51,534 nt of DNA from an uncultured Candidatus Saccharibacteria bacterium (lineage in GTDB: Bacteria; Patescibacteriota; Saccharimonadia; Saccharimonadales; JAGQMS01). Positions 1 through 9,142 of this stretch are shown in pieces. Each line of letters begins with the position of its first letter. The first letter of the stretch is position 1. The position numbers were made by a program, and so were the translations under genes. The notes under the pieces are model-generated. The model saw only the letters and a list, made by a program, of their open reading frames with translations, was not told the DNA's origin and searched no databases. The stretch is from NCBI GenBank assembly GCA_964554485.1, contig CAZKOX010000001.1:75363-126896 (forward strand), read 5' to 3'.

Positions 1-657
1 GGTATCATGCCAATGGGAGAACAGATTCAGGGCGAACGATATTACCCAAGCCAGCGACTAAAAGTTTATCTAAAAGAAATCGAACGCGGCTTTCGTGGTC
101 CACAGCTAATTGTTAGCCGTGGTTGTCCTGAACTCATTAAGCTTCTATTCCAAAACGAAGTTCCAGAAATGGAAAGCGGTGCAGTGGAGATTAAAGATAT
201 CGCTCGCGAGCCTGGTGTTCGTACTAAAATTGCTGTTGCTGCTAGCGCCCAAGGTGTTGACCCAGTTGGTACGTTTGTTGGTGGACACGGTACTCGTGTT
301 CAAGCTGTTACGGGCGAAATTGGCGAGCAAGAAAAAATTGACATCGTCGTTTGGGCATCGGAAATTACTGAATATATTTCAAATGCTCTAAGCCCAACAA
401 AGCCAACCCGCGTTCAGGTTGATGCCTCAACTAAGAAAGCTGCCGTTACTGTACCGGTTGATCAGCTAAGCATTGCTATTGGTAAAGCCGGCCAGAATGT
501 TCGTCTTGCTAGCAAGCTAACAGGTTACGAGATTGACATTGTTCCAGAAGCCGAAGTTGCACAAGTTCAGGAAGTGCCAAAAAGCAAACCAAAGCGAAAA
601 GAAGATCTTGAAGGTGGCTTGCTCGATGCAATTGCAGAGCATGGAACAAAAGAATAG
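1..657 (+). CDS. nusA: Transcription termination/antitermination factor NusA (5'-truncated by window edge)
   Basis: S1/KH-domain motifs (REPGVRTKIAV, DPVGTFVG..GTRVQAV, LSIAIGKAGQNVRLASKLTG); frame is open back to base 1. Confidence 0.95.
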   Translation, partial: GIMPMGEQIQGERYYPSQRLKVYLKEIERGFRGPQLIVSRGCPELIKLLFQNEVPEMESGAVEIKDIAREPGVRTKIAVAASAQGVDPVGTFVGGHGTRVQAVTGEIGEQEKIDIVVWASEITEYISNALSPTKPTRVQVDASTKKAAVTVPVDQLSIAIGKAGQNVRLASKLTGYEIDIVPEAEVAQVQEVPKSKPKRKEDLEGGLLDAIAEHGTKE

Positions 658-669
658 GTAGGAAATAAG

Positions 670-1020
670 ATGTCTGATTCTGGTGAAACTTTTAAGCACG
701 GAGAACTTCCCGTAGAAAAGCTTAAACATGAAACATTTGCTACTACTACCCATGAACCTCCGGTCATTGACCCTCTATGGAAAGTTACTAGATTTCTCGA
801 AACAGTCGTAGTATCAGGCCGTACCCAAACTCAGGCGTACGAAAAAGCCGCAAAGTTAGATGGAATTTCATTGACTAGTTTTTTTTCTGTACCTGTCTAT
901 GCGGTAAAGTTAGGCGAAGTACAACCAAGCAACAAAATCGTAGCGGTAGAAGATCCGCAAGAAGAAACCCCTCCAGAAGATCCAGAGCCAGACTTCGAGC
1001 TGCCACCGTATATGGATTAA
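670..1020 (+). CDS. Hypothetical protein, acidic/Pro-rich C-terminus
   Basis: 116-aa ORF 12 nt after the nusA stop, preceded by AGGA; no recognisable motif. Confidence 0.6.
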   Translation: MSDSGETFKHGELPVEKLKHETFATTTHEPPVIDPLWKVTRFLETVVVSGRTQTQAYEKAAKLDGISLTSFFSVPVYAVKLGEVQPSNKIVAVEDPQEETPPEDPEPDFELPPYMD

Positions 1021-1074
1021 ACCACTAAGCTATAGTTAGGTATCTTAAGCTAAAAAAATTAGTCTATTTTTTAA

Positions 1075-1101
1075 TTAGCACTCTTGACGCGAGACTGCTA
1101 A
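1075..1101. promoter_or_regulatory. CIRCE element (HrcA operator) upstream of clpC
   Basis: TTAGCACTC-ttgacgcga-GACTGCTAA; one mismatch to consensus TTAGCACTC-N9-GAGTGCTAA. Confidence 0.85.
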
Positions 1102-1112
1102 TTTGCGAAACT
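1084..1112 (+). promoter_or_regulatory. Putative sigma70 promoter of clpC overlapping CIRCE
   Basis: TTGACG-17nt-GAAACT with TG just upstream; same layout as the clpP promoter. Confidence 0.5.
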
Positions 1113-1148
1113 ATTAGTACTAAAGTTAAAAAGGGTACATATAAAGAA

Positions 1149-3626
1149 ATGTCGGACGCAAATGAATTCCAAGACTATCTTAATCACCTAACAGATAACG
1201 CGCTAGCAAGTCTTAAGCACGCTGATACTATTGCGCGTCAGACCGGCTCTGCGTATGTTGGAACGGAACATCTACTACTTGGTTTATTAGCTCAAGAAAA
1301 TAGTGTTGGGTCAAAAATGTTAAGCGCCAAAGGTGTTAACTTAGACCGTGCACGACTTGCTCTCGACTTAACACCGAAAGTTCTTAATATTTCTTTGGGG
1401 GCAAAGGGTTTAAGTGAAACTGCCAAACTGACACTTAAAATGAGTTGGGATATAGCTCAGGATTTTTCTCAAGACGTTTGCGGTACAGAACATATTCTGT
1501 ATAGCCTAATAAACCAAAAAAATGCTCGGGCTACCGAATTGCTTCGTAGTATGAGCGTTGATATCGATAAATTATGCTCAGAATTAGAACAGTTCTTGCA
1601 TCATCAGGCTAACGATGTAAATTCACGTGCTGAGAGCGCCGGTGTGCGTACAAAAAGAGGAAAGAATGGTCGTTCGGCTATTGAATATTACGGGACCGAC
1701 CTTACGGCGCTGGCTAAAAAAGGTAGTCTTGATCCAGTAGTTGGTCGAGATACGCAAATAACCAGAATTATCACAATTCTTAATCGAAGATCAAAAAACA
1801 ACCCTGTACTTATAGGAGAACCTGGTGTTGGTAAAACTGCAATTGTTGAAGGGCTGGCACAGCGCATTGCCAGCGAACAGGTTCCAGATAGTTTGTTAGA
1901 TAAAAGAGTAATAACTCTTGACCTTGCCGGTATGATAGCTGGCACAAAGTACCGCGGTGAGTTTGAAGATCGACTAAAAAAAGTTATCGCTGAGATCAGC
2001 GAAGACAAGAAAACCATTCTTTTTATTGATGAGCTTCACTTAATTGTTGGTGCCGGTGCTGCCGAGGGAGCTATCGATGCTGGTAATATGCTAAAACCGG
2101 CATTAGCTCGCGGTAAAATTCAGTTAATTGGTGCAACAACTACCGCTGAATACACTAAATATATTGAAAAAGACGCTGCCCTTGAGCGCCGACTTCAGCC
2201 GGTTAAGGTACCAGAAACAAACTCGCATGAAACACTTCAGATCGTAAAAGGGTTAAGAAAACACTATGAAGCGCACCACGGTGTTAAATTAAGTGATGAA
2301 GTCCTAGCCGATGCGGTTTATCTTTCTGGTCGATACGTTGCTGATCGTTTTATGCCTGACAAGGCGATTGATTTAATCGATGAAGCTTCTGCTATGGTTC
2401 GAACTGAAAAAAGCAAATCTAACCCCGAAGAACGAGCCATTATGAAGGATATCAAGCTTATTACTTTACAGATGGAAGATGCAGTGGATTCGGAAGACTA
2501 TGAACGTGCCGCTAAATATAAACAAAAAGTTAGCCAACTAACAAAAAAGCTAGAAGCTATAAGAGATAAAAGTCCACGCAAGGATCTAGAGCTGACTAGT
2601 GACGATTTAGCAAAAGTTATCGCCATGCAAAGTGGTATTCCGGTGTCTAAAATCATGAAGAGCGAGGCTAAGCAGCTTATGGAGCTAGAAAAGCATCTTG
2701 GTCAGTATATTATTGGTCAGTCTGAAGCTGTTACTGCAGTATCAAAGGCCGTTCGTCGCAACCGTGTTGGTTTGGCTAATGAGAATCGTCCGATAGGATC
2801 TTTCGTATTTCTTGGCCCTACCGGAGTAGGTAAAACCGAGCTTGCTAGAGTATTGGCAAGAGAGTTTTTTGGCAGCGAAAGAGCACTTATTAAGATTGAT
2901 ATGAGTGAATTCAGCGAGCGGCACACCGTTGCTCGGTTGGTTGGTGCGCCAGCTGGATATGTAGGATATGAAGACAGTGGTGAATTAACCGAAAAAATTC
3001 GACGGCAACCATATAGCTTGGTTCTTTTTGATGAAATCGAGAAAGCCCATCCTGATGTTTTCCATACTATGCTTCAAATTCTGGAAGATGGTAGGTTAAC
3101 AGACGCCAAAGGTCGAAAAATAGACTTTAGTAATACTATCGTGATCATGACCAGCAACCTTGGAGCTGACAAACTTCAAAAAGAAGCATCACTAGGCTTT
3201 AGTTCGGCAAGCACAAAAGACAAGGAATCGCTTGCCGAGTTGCACAACAAAAATACCGAACAAGTAACAGATGAGCTAAGACGTTTTATGCGACCAGAAC
3301 TACTTAATCGAATAGATAAGATTGTAGTCTTTCACTCACTTAGTCGTGATGATTTAAAGAAAATTGTTGATATCCAAATTAACGAACTAAAAGAACGAAT
3401 GCGAAAACAAAAACTTGGTTTGACGGTATCGACTAAAGCAAAAAACTGGTTACTGGATAAAGGCTATGATCCTAAGAATGGAGTAAGACCACTTCGTCGA
3501 TTAATCCAGGATACAATCGAAGATAAAGTTGCCGAAGGAATGTTAGACGAAACATTTTCGCCTGGTTCTGTAGTAGCGGTTGATTTAGAGAAAGACGCCT
3601 TAACCTATAAGCGTCTTGCCGAATAG
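1149..3626 (+). CDS. clpC: ATP-dependent Clp protease ATP-binding subunit ClpC
   Basis: Clp-N domain; two AAA+ modules (GEPGVGKT, GPTGVGKT); UVR middle domain (EDYERAAKYK); ClpP-docking LGF loop. Confidence 0.93.
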   Translation: MSDANEFQDYLNHLTDNALASLKHADTIARQTGSAYVGTEHLLLGLLAQENSVGSKMLSAKGVNLDRARLALDLTPKVLNISLGAKGLSETAKLTLKMSWDIAQDFSQDVCGTEHILYSLINQKNARATELLRSMSVDIDKLCSELEQFLHHQANDVNSRAESAGVRTKRGKNGRSAIEYYGTDLTALAKKGSLDPVVGRDTQITRIITILNRRSKNNPVLIGEPGVGKTAIVEGLAQRIASEQVPDSLLDKRVITLDLAGMIAGTKYRGEFEDRLKKVIAEISEDKKTILFIDELHLIVGAGAAEGAIDAGNMLKPALARGKIQLIGATTTAEYTKYIEKDAALERRLQPVKVPETNSHETLQIVKGLRKHYEAHHGVKLSDEVLADAVYLSGRYVADRFMPDKAIDLIDEASAMVRTEKSKSNPEERAIMKDIKLITLQMEDAVDSEDYERAAKYKQKVSQLTKKLEAIRDKSPRKDLELTSDDLAKVIAMQSGIPVSKIMKSEAKQLMELEKHLGQYIIGQSEAVTAVSKAVRRNRVGLANENRPIGSFVFLGPTGVGKTELARVLAREFFGSERALIKIDMSEFSERHTVARLVGAPAGYVGYEDSGELTEKIRRQPYSLVLFDEIEKAHPDVFHTMLQILEDGRLTDAKGRKIDFSNTIVIMTSNLGADKLQKEASLGFSSASTKDKESLAELHNKNTEQVTDELRRFMRPELLNRIDKIVVFHSLSRDDLKKIVDIQINELKERMRKQKLGLTVSTKAKNWLLDKGYDPKNGVRPLRRLIQDTIEDKVAEGMLDETFSPGSVVAVDLEKDALTYKRLAE

Positions 3627-3645
3627 TCCAGTATAATATTCCTAT

Positions 3646-4605
3646 ATGGGAAAGTTCGGAAAATATGCTGCGGTTGGACTTAGCGTTCTAACGATCGGTG
3701 GTTCAAGTTTAGCAATCATCAAGCGTCGCGATATTACAGACTGGTTAATTCTTCGGAATTACCATCCGTCTTCTGAGATAAAAAAACTATCCGAAAATAC
3801 AGAGCTTTCATCACTTGGCCAAAAGCTATTCTATGTTTATGATCCGCAACTTCTAAGCAAAGACGGTTTTAATACTCAGTGTACGGTTGGCGAACAAACC
3901 ATAGTTCTTGGTTGCTATGACGGCAAAGGAATATATTTATATGATATCTCCGACCCACAGCTTAATGGCGTCGAAGAGGTCACATCAGCGCATGAAATGC
4001 TGCATGCAGCTTATGATCGACTAAGCAAAGATGAACGGAAAGAAATTGATGCTTTAGTTAAAGAGGCCATCGATCAAAGCGGTGACGATCGTATCAAAAC
4101 TTTGGTGGAAGCATATCGCCAGCGTGATGCTAGTAGCCTGAATAATGAAATGCATTCGATTGTCGGCACGGAATTACGGAACATATCGCCACAGCTTGAA
4201 AAGTATTATTCGAAGTATTTTATTAACCGAATTAAGATAGTCGAATATTCAGAAAAATACGAACTGGTGTTTACGAATCTGCAAACACAGGTAAAGCAAA
4301 TTGATGCCGATTTGATATTACGCAAGTCTGAAATTGATTCACTGGAATCTAGTCTGCAATCTCAAGCTGCTTCTCTAAAGGAGTGGGTAGCCAGGCTTAA
4401 CAACTACAAAGCAACGGGTCAAATTGAACAATATAATTCAGAGGTAGAAGATTTTAATCAAAATATTAGAAGCTACAATAGACAGATTGAAACTCTGAGA
4501 ACTTTGATCGACGAATATAATCAAAAAGTCATTGAACGTAATAACCTAGCGTTGCAACAAAACGAATTAATTAAGCATCTAGACTCTAGGGCTGCGGAGT
4601 TGTAG
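3646..4605 (+). CDS. Membrane-anchored/secreted putative Zn-metallopeptidase with C-terminal coiled coil
   Basis: N-terminal hydrophobic anchor, AHEMLHAAY (HExxH), downstream Glu candidates (NEMHS..GTE), heptad-rich C-terminus. Confidence 0.55.
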   Translation: MGKFGKYAAVGLSVLTIGGSSLAIIKRRDITDWLILRNYHPSSEIKKLSENTELSSLGQKLFYVYDPQLLSKDGFNTQCTVGEQTIVLGCYDGKGIYLYDISDPQLNGVEEVTSAHEMLHAAYDRLSKDERKEIDALVKEAIDQSGDDRIKTLVEAYRQRDASSLNNEMHSIVGTELRNISPQLEKYYSKYFINRIKIVEYSEKYELVFTNLQTQVKQIDADLILRKSEIDSLESSLQSQAASLKEWVARLNNYKATGQIEQYNSEVEDFNQNIRSYNRQIETLRTLIDEYNQKVIERNNLALQQNELIKHLDSRAAEL

Positions 4606-4607
4606 CT

Positions 4608-5945
4608 ATGGCGAAAAAATCAAAAGTCCAATTTGTGTGTAGTAGTTGCGGTGCGGTTTATAGCTCTTGGGCAGGAAAATGTAGTCAGTGCGGCGAATGG
4701 AATACTCTGCAAGAGCAGCTAGCTATATCAAGTAGTTCAATAAAAGAAAGTGGTAATTCGCTAAAAGTTGCTAATTTAGCTACTCTCCAGGCCACTAAGC
4801 CGCAAGCTAGATTAAATACTGGCATGGAGGACGTTGACAATGTTTTAGGAGGCGGTGTGGTCCCTGGAAGTGTAATATTATTGGCTGGACAGCCAGGAAT
4901 CGGGAAGAGCACACTAGTGTTGCAGCTGGCTAATGCGCTTAGTCTAAAATCATCGGTTCTTTATATTAGTGGCGAGGAATCTGCCGAACAAATTGCTCTG
5001 CGCGCACGCCGACTTGGTGTGTCGTCTGATAAATTAACCGTCACCACGTCAACTGTCGCAAATGACATTGCTGCAACAATTGCTAGTCGTGAAGCCGATC
5101 TAGTAATTATTGATTCGATTCAAACATTGTCTTGCACTGAGATTAGTTCGGCTGCCGGCTCTGTCAGTCAAATCACCAATAGTACGCAGCTACTAACAGC
5201 TGCCGCTAAAGCTACAAACACTGCTTTGCTAATAATTGGGCACGTTACAAAAGAAGGTTCTATCGCTGGACCAAAACTTCTTGAGCATATGGTAGATGTG
5301 GTCCTGCAGCTTGAAGGTGATCGTTACGGAGGCTTCAAGGTACTTAGAGCTATTAAGAATCGTTTTGGATCAACAAGCGAAGCTGGTATTTTCGAAATGG
5401 AAGAAACGGGCCTAAAGACTGTAATTAACCCATCTGCAGCGCTTTTAGCTGAACGACAAGTTAGTGATGGCTCAATAGTACTCTCGACTCTTGAAGGCAC
5501 GCGTCCGTTGCTTGTAGAGGTTCAGGCGCTGGTTAATAAGACATCATATGGTTACCCCAAACGTGCAGCCTCTGGATTTGATCTAAATAGGCTAAATTTA
5601 TTGGTTGCTGTTTTAGAACGACGAACTAAACTGCAGCTTGCCGATAAAGACATATATATAAATATTGTAGGTGGGATTCGTCTAAATGATCCAGCCGCCG
5701 ACCTTGCAGTATGTATGGCAATTGGCTCTGCCGCAAAAGGTCTAAAGCTAAAAACTGATGCTGTAGTGTTTGGAGAGGTTGGACTAAGCGGTGAGGTTCG
5801 TCATGTCTCAGCTATCGACAAAAGGTTAGGTGAAGCAGAGAAGATGGGCTTTAAGTTAGCGGTTGGACCTCGTACAAAAACAAATAACAAGGTACTACAT
5901 CAGGTTGCAGATTTACGTGAGGCGTTGAACTCTTTTCTTAACTAG
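4608..5945 (+). CDS. radA: DNA repair protein RadA/Sms
   Basis: CxxC..CxxC zinc finger, GQPGIGKST Walker A, KNRFG motif, Lon-like C-terminus. Confidence 0.97.
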   Translation: MAKKSKVQFVCSSCGAVYSSWAGKCSQCGEWNTLQEQLAISSSSIKESGNSLKVANLATLQATKPQARLNTGMEDVDNVLGGGVVPGSVILLAGQPGIGKSTLVLQLANALSLKSSVLYISGEESAEQIALRARRLGVSSDKLTVTTSTVANDIAATIASREADLVIIDSIQTLSCTEISSAAGSVSQITNSTQLLTAAAKATNTALLIIGHVTKEGSIAGPKLLEHMVDVVLQLEGDRYGGFKVLRAIKNRFGSTSEAGIFEMEETGLKTVINPSAALLAERQVSDGSIVLSTLEGTRPLLVEVQALVNKTSYGYPKRAASGFDLNRLNLLVAVLERRTKLQLADKDIYINIVGGIRLNDPAADLAVCMAIGSAAKGLKLKTDAVVFGEVGLSGEVRHVSAIDKRLGEAEKMGFKLAVGPRTKTNNKVLHQVADLREALNSFLN

Positions 5946-8900
5946 GGTTTTGAGAAGCTCAAGGTTCCAGTCTTAACTACCTCTGAGTTCTTATAAGCAT
6001 CAACAGTTATCGTATAGCCAGGTGCGGGTGGTAAGATGGGAATGACCGTATTTATATTAACGTTTGTGCCGCTTCCGGTATTAGTGACAACGCCACCACT
6101 GTTCTTGATTTGCCATTGGTAGCTGTCTATCCAGCTTAATGATGCTGTGTTTGGCCAACTTATGGTACTGCCGCTCTTAGTAACGGTAACAGCTGGTACG
6201 GCATCGAAATTTTGACTAACAGGGCTGGTTGTATATTCGTAAAGTAGCGCATCTATTGCTTGGGCACTAACATCATGCGAGCCAGTTAACTCAGAAAAGT
6301 AATCCATAGATACTGTTCCGGGGTTTGTTGTTGCAAATGATCCACCGCTAACTGTTTGACCGTCAATTTTAAAGTTAAGGGTGGTTAGTGCAGCTAAACC
6401 TTGCGAAACATTGGCGCTGAAACGGTAGTAGCCTGTACCAAGTTTAGTGACATTGATTGTTGTAGCCGGCTTGGCATCGCTACATGAATGTTTATCATCT
6501 TTGTCGACAGGTAATGCAATACCTGCGAGACCGCTGTAGCGAGCGGCAATTGGCTCAAGCCAATTTTTGTAGTTTGGGTCGCTTGATGGAATCTCTGGCA
6601 TGATGTTTCCGCCGGTAACTTCTTTCTTTGCAAGCTCAGGTGTACATTCAGTTGCAAGTTTTCCAGAGATCGTATCAATAATAGCTTTTTTATCTTTAGA
6701 AGAGCTAACCGGTGAGTACCATGAAGGGTAGATGTCGCTTATTCCAAAACCACAAACATTTCCTACCTGTGAGCCTGTGCACTTAGCCTTTATTGCAGCA
6801 TAGAATTCAGGATCCAGTGATGCGGTTTTTATTCCTGCAGGGCGTGTCCAAGCCCCAGGTTTTTCTGGTAATAATTCATGCGCACGACGCATAAATTCAC
6901 CAAAAATAGGACCTGTTGCAGGTACGTAGTCGATTCCTCTAGAGGTTTTGTTTTCGTGGTTTCCCATCCAAACACCAGCAGCATATTTTTGAGTATAGCC
7001 AATCATCCAGCCATCTTTTCCTTCGCTGGTCGTACCAGTTTTAATGGAAGTTGGAATCTCCATAGTCTCAAATCCGTTTGTTACTTTCTGCCTGTAACCT
7101 TTGTTGGTTCGGAAGTAACTAGCGGCTCTATCGGCGAGCATATCGTTGACGATATAGGCAACTTCAGGGTTAAGCGCTTGCTCGCCAGCTTCGTCCTGCC
7201 ATTGTTGCAAAATCTTTCCTTTGGAATTTTCTATCTTCAAGATGTAGGTCATCGGCTTAACGACACCAAGTCGCGAAAAGGTTGCATAGCCATGTGTTTG
7301 CTCATCTAATCTTACTTGTCCACCGTCGCCAATTGCAGTTGCTAGAATTCCCTCACAATTTGGTGCTCCATCACATCCTGTTACTCCACTGTAGACACCC
7401 ATCTTTTTAGCTAAGTTGTGAACGTTCTCAACACCTGCAATGTACATAGCTTTTACTGCAGGAATATTTCGTGAGTTGCCAAGTGCATAGCGCATTGATA
7501 TTCCACCTGGCTCACGAATGTCGTAGTCATTTGGCGCATATTTCGCCGAAAACTTAGTCTTAACATCATACAAAATACTGCCTGCACCCCAGCTTGTTTC
7601 CTTGAGCATTAAAGCCGCATAATCAAACGGTTTGATAGTTGATCCTGGGCTTCTTGGTGTAGTTGCGATATTTAACTGGCCATAAACAGGTATATTAAAA
7701 TCTCGACTACCAACTTCTGCGACTATGTGACCATTTGTAACGTCTTCGGCTACAAATGCGGCGTTATCGAACACGCCGAGACAATTAATACCCAAACCGT
7801 TCTTACAAGGAAAACCATTCGTAACAGCTTCTTCAGCAATTTTTTGAAGCTCAATATCTAGTGTTGTTGTGACGCTAAGACCAAGCTTTGTTACGTCTTT
7901 TCCGTACGTTTCCTTTAGCTGTTTGTAAACTTCCAGCACAAAATGAGGTGCAATAATGTCCTTGTACTGGCTCTTGTTCTTAACGACTTTTGCTAATGTG
8001 TCTATGGCCTTAGCTTTCTTAGCTTCATCTTTTGTAATCGCACCAGATTTAGCCATTTCATCCAAAATGTAGTTTCGTCGCTCAACAAGTGCTTTTTGAT
8101 TTTGCACCCAATAATAATCTGGTGCAGGGATACCGGCTGCCATGATCGCAGCTTCGTCAAGTGTTATATCTTTTGCGGACTTATCGAACAGACCTTTAGA
8201 AGCCGCTTCTGCGCCATTATATTGATAGGCAAAGCCAATTTCATTAAGATATGCCTGAAGTATTTCATCTTTTTTATAGCTCGCATCAAGTTCCACGGAC
8301 AAAATCAATTCCTTGATTTTGCGAGTTAAGGAACGTTCAGGTGTTAATAGAGCTAATTTGACATATTGCTGCGTAATGGTTGAGCCACCACGACCACTAC
8401 CGCCGGTAGTTGCGTTTGAAATTGCAGCATTAAACAAGCCAACCGGGTCAAAACCGTGGTGTGAATAAAAGTTCTTATCTTCAGCAGTAACCACGGCCTT
8501 TTTTAGATACGGAGAAACCTGATCAAGTGCGACCGGTCGACAGTCGACATCGCCGGCACCCGACCACAACAGCACCTTACCGGTACGATCGTAGAACTTT
8601 ATAGTTTGACCAAGTGAACAAGCCTTAAGGTCGGTTATATTTTGCGGTAAATCTTTGCGGTAATATGCAAAAACCCCGGCAATCACAATTGAGAAGAAAA
8701 GAATTGAAATACCGGCAATCTTTAGCGCCATTATTGCCCCACGACGACTAAACCAATAATGAACTATGTTTCTGGGGTGTAAACGATAAAAAAAACGTCC
8801 CCAGCGTGATTTTGGAAGAGTTGATAGATATTCAGCGTGCTTTCTAGCACTAATGTCTCTCTTGTTTCTAATCTTTGCAGTCAAATTTTGATTTATCCTT

Positions 8901-9043
8901 AAGGTTTGGCTACCGATAGCCTGAGTTTTAGGAAATTTCTTTACTATAATTCGCTTACTTCGATGAAGGCCCTTTTTTAGTCCACGGGCTACGTTGCTAC
9001 GAAAACTAGTCAACTTATTCTGGACGTTGTCTTTTATATGCAT
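5942..9043 (-). CDS. Class A penicillin-binding protein (transglycosylase/transpeptidase) with C-terminal beta-rich extension
   Basis: GT51 motifs EDKNFYSHHG and GGSTITQQ; transpeptidase SxxK (STIK), SxN (SRN), KTG; single TM segment. Confidence 0.93.
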   Translation of the reverse strand: MHIKDNVQNKLTSFRSNVARGLKKGLHRSKRIIVKKFPKTQAIGSQTLRINQNLTAKIRNKRDISARKHAEYLSTLPKSRWGRFFYRLHPRNIVHYWFSRRGAIMALKIAGISILFFSIVIAGVFAYYRKDLPQNITDLKACSLGQTIKFYDRTGKVLLWSGAGDVDCRPVALDQVSPYLKKAVVTAEDKNFYSHHGFDPVGLFNAAISNATTGGSGRGGSTITQQYVKLALLTPERSLTRKIKELILSVELDASYKKDEILQAYLNEIGFAYQYNGAEAASKGLFDKSAKDITLDEAAIMAAGIPAPDYYWVQNQKALVERRNYILDEMAKSGAITKDEAKKAKAIDTLAKVVKNKSQYKDIIAPHFVLEVYKQLKETYGKDVTKLGLSVTTTLDIELQKIAEEAVTNGFPCKNGLGINCLGVFDNAAFVAEDVTNGHIVAEVGSRDFNIPVYGQLNIATTPRSPGSTIKPFDYAALMLKETSWGAGSILYDVKTKFSAKYAPNDYDIREPGGISMRYALGNSRNIPAVKAMYIAGVENVHNLAKKMGVYSGVTGCDGAPNCEGILATAIGDGGQVRLDEQTHGYATFSRLGVVKPMTYILKIENSKGKILQQWQDEAGEQALNPEVAYIVNDMLADRAASYFRTNKGYRQKVTNGFETMEIPTSIKTGTTSEGKDGWMIGYTQKYAAGVWMGNHENKTSRGIDYVPATGPIFGEFMRRAHELLPEKPGAWTRPAGIKTASLDPEFYAAIKAKCTGSQVGNVCGFGISDIYPSWYSPVSSSKDKKAIIDTISGKLATECTPELAKKEVTGGNIMPEIPSSDPNYKNWLEPIAARYSGLAGIALPVDKDDKHSCSDAKPATTINVTKLGTGYYRFSANVSQGLAALTTLNFKIDGQTVSGGSFATTNPGTVSMDYFSELTGSHDVSAQAIDALLYEYTTSPVSQNFDAVPAVTVTKSGSTISWPNTASLSWIDSYQWQIKNSGGVVTNTGSGTNVNINTVIPILPPAPGYTITVDAYKNSEVVKTGTLSFSKP

Positions 9044-9142
9044 ATTGCCAATACATTATACCAACTATCTTGTATTCCGCACCAGCAATAGGCTTAGGCT
9101 TACACCGTTACAGATTAAGTATAAATCTGGAAAAACGGTATT

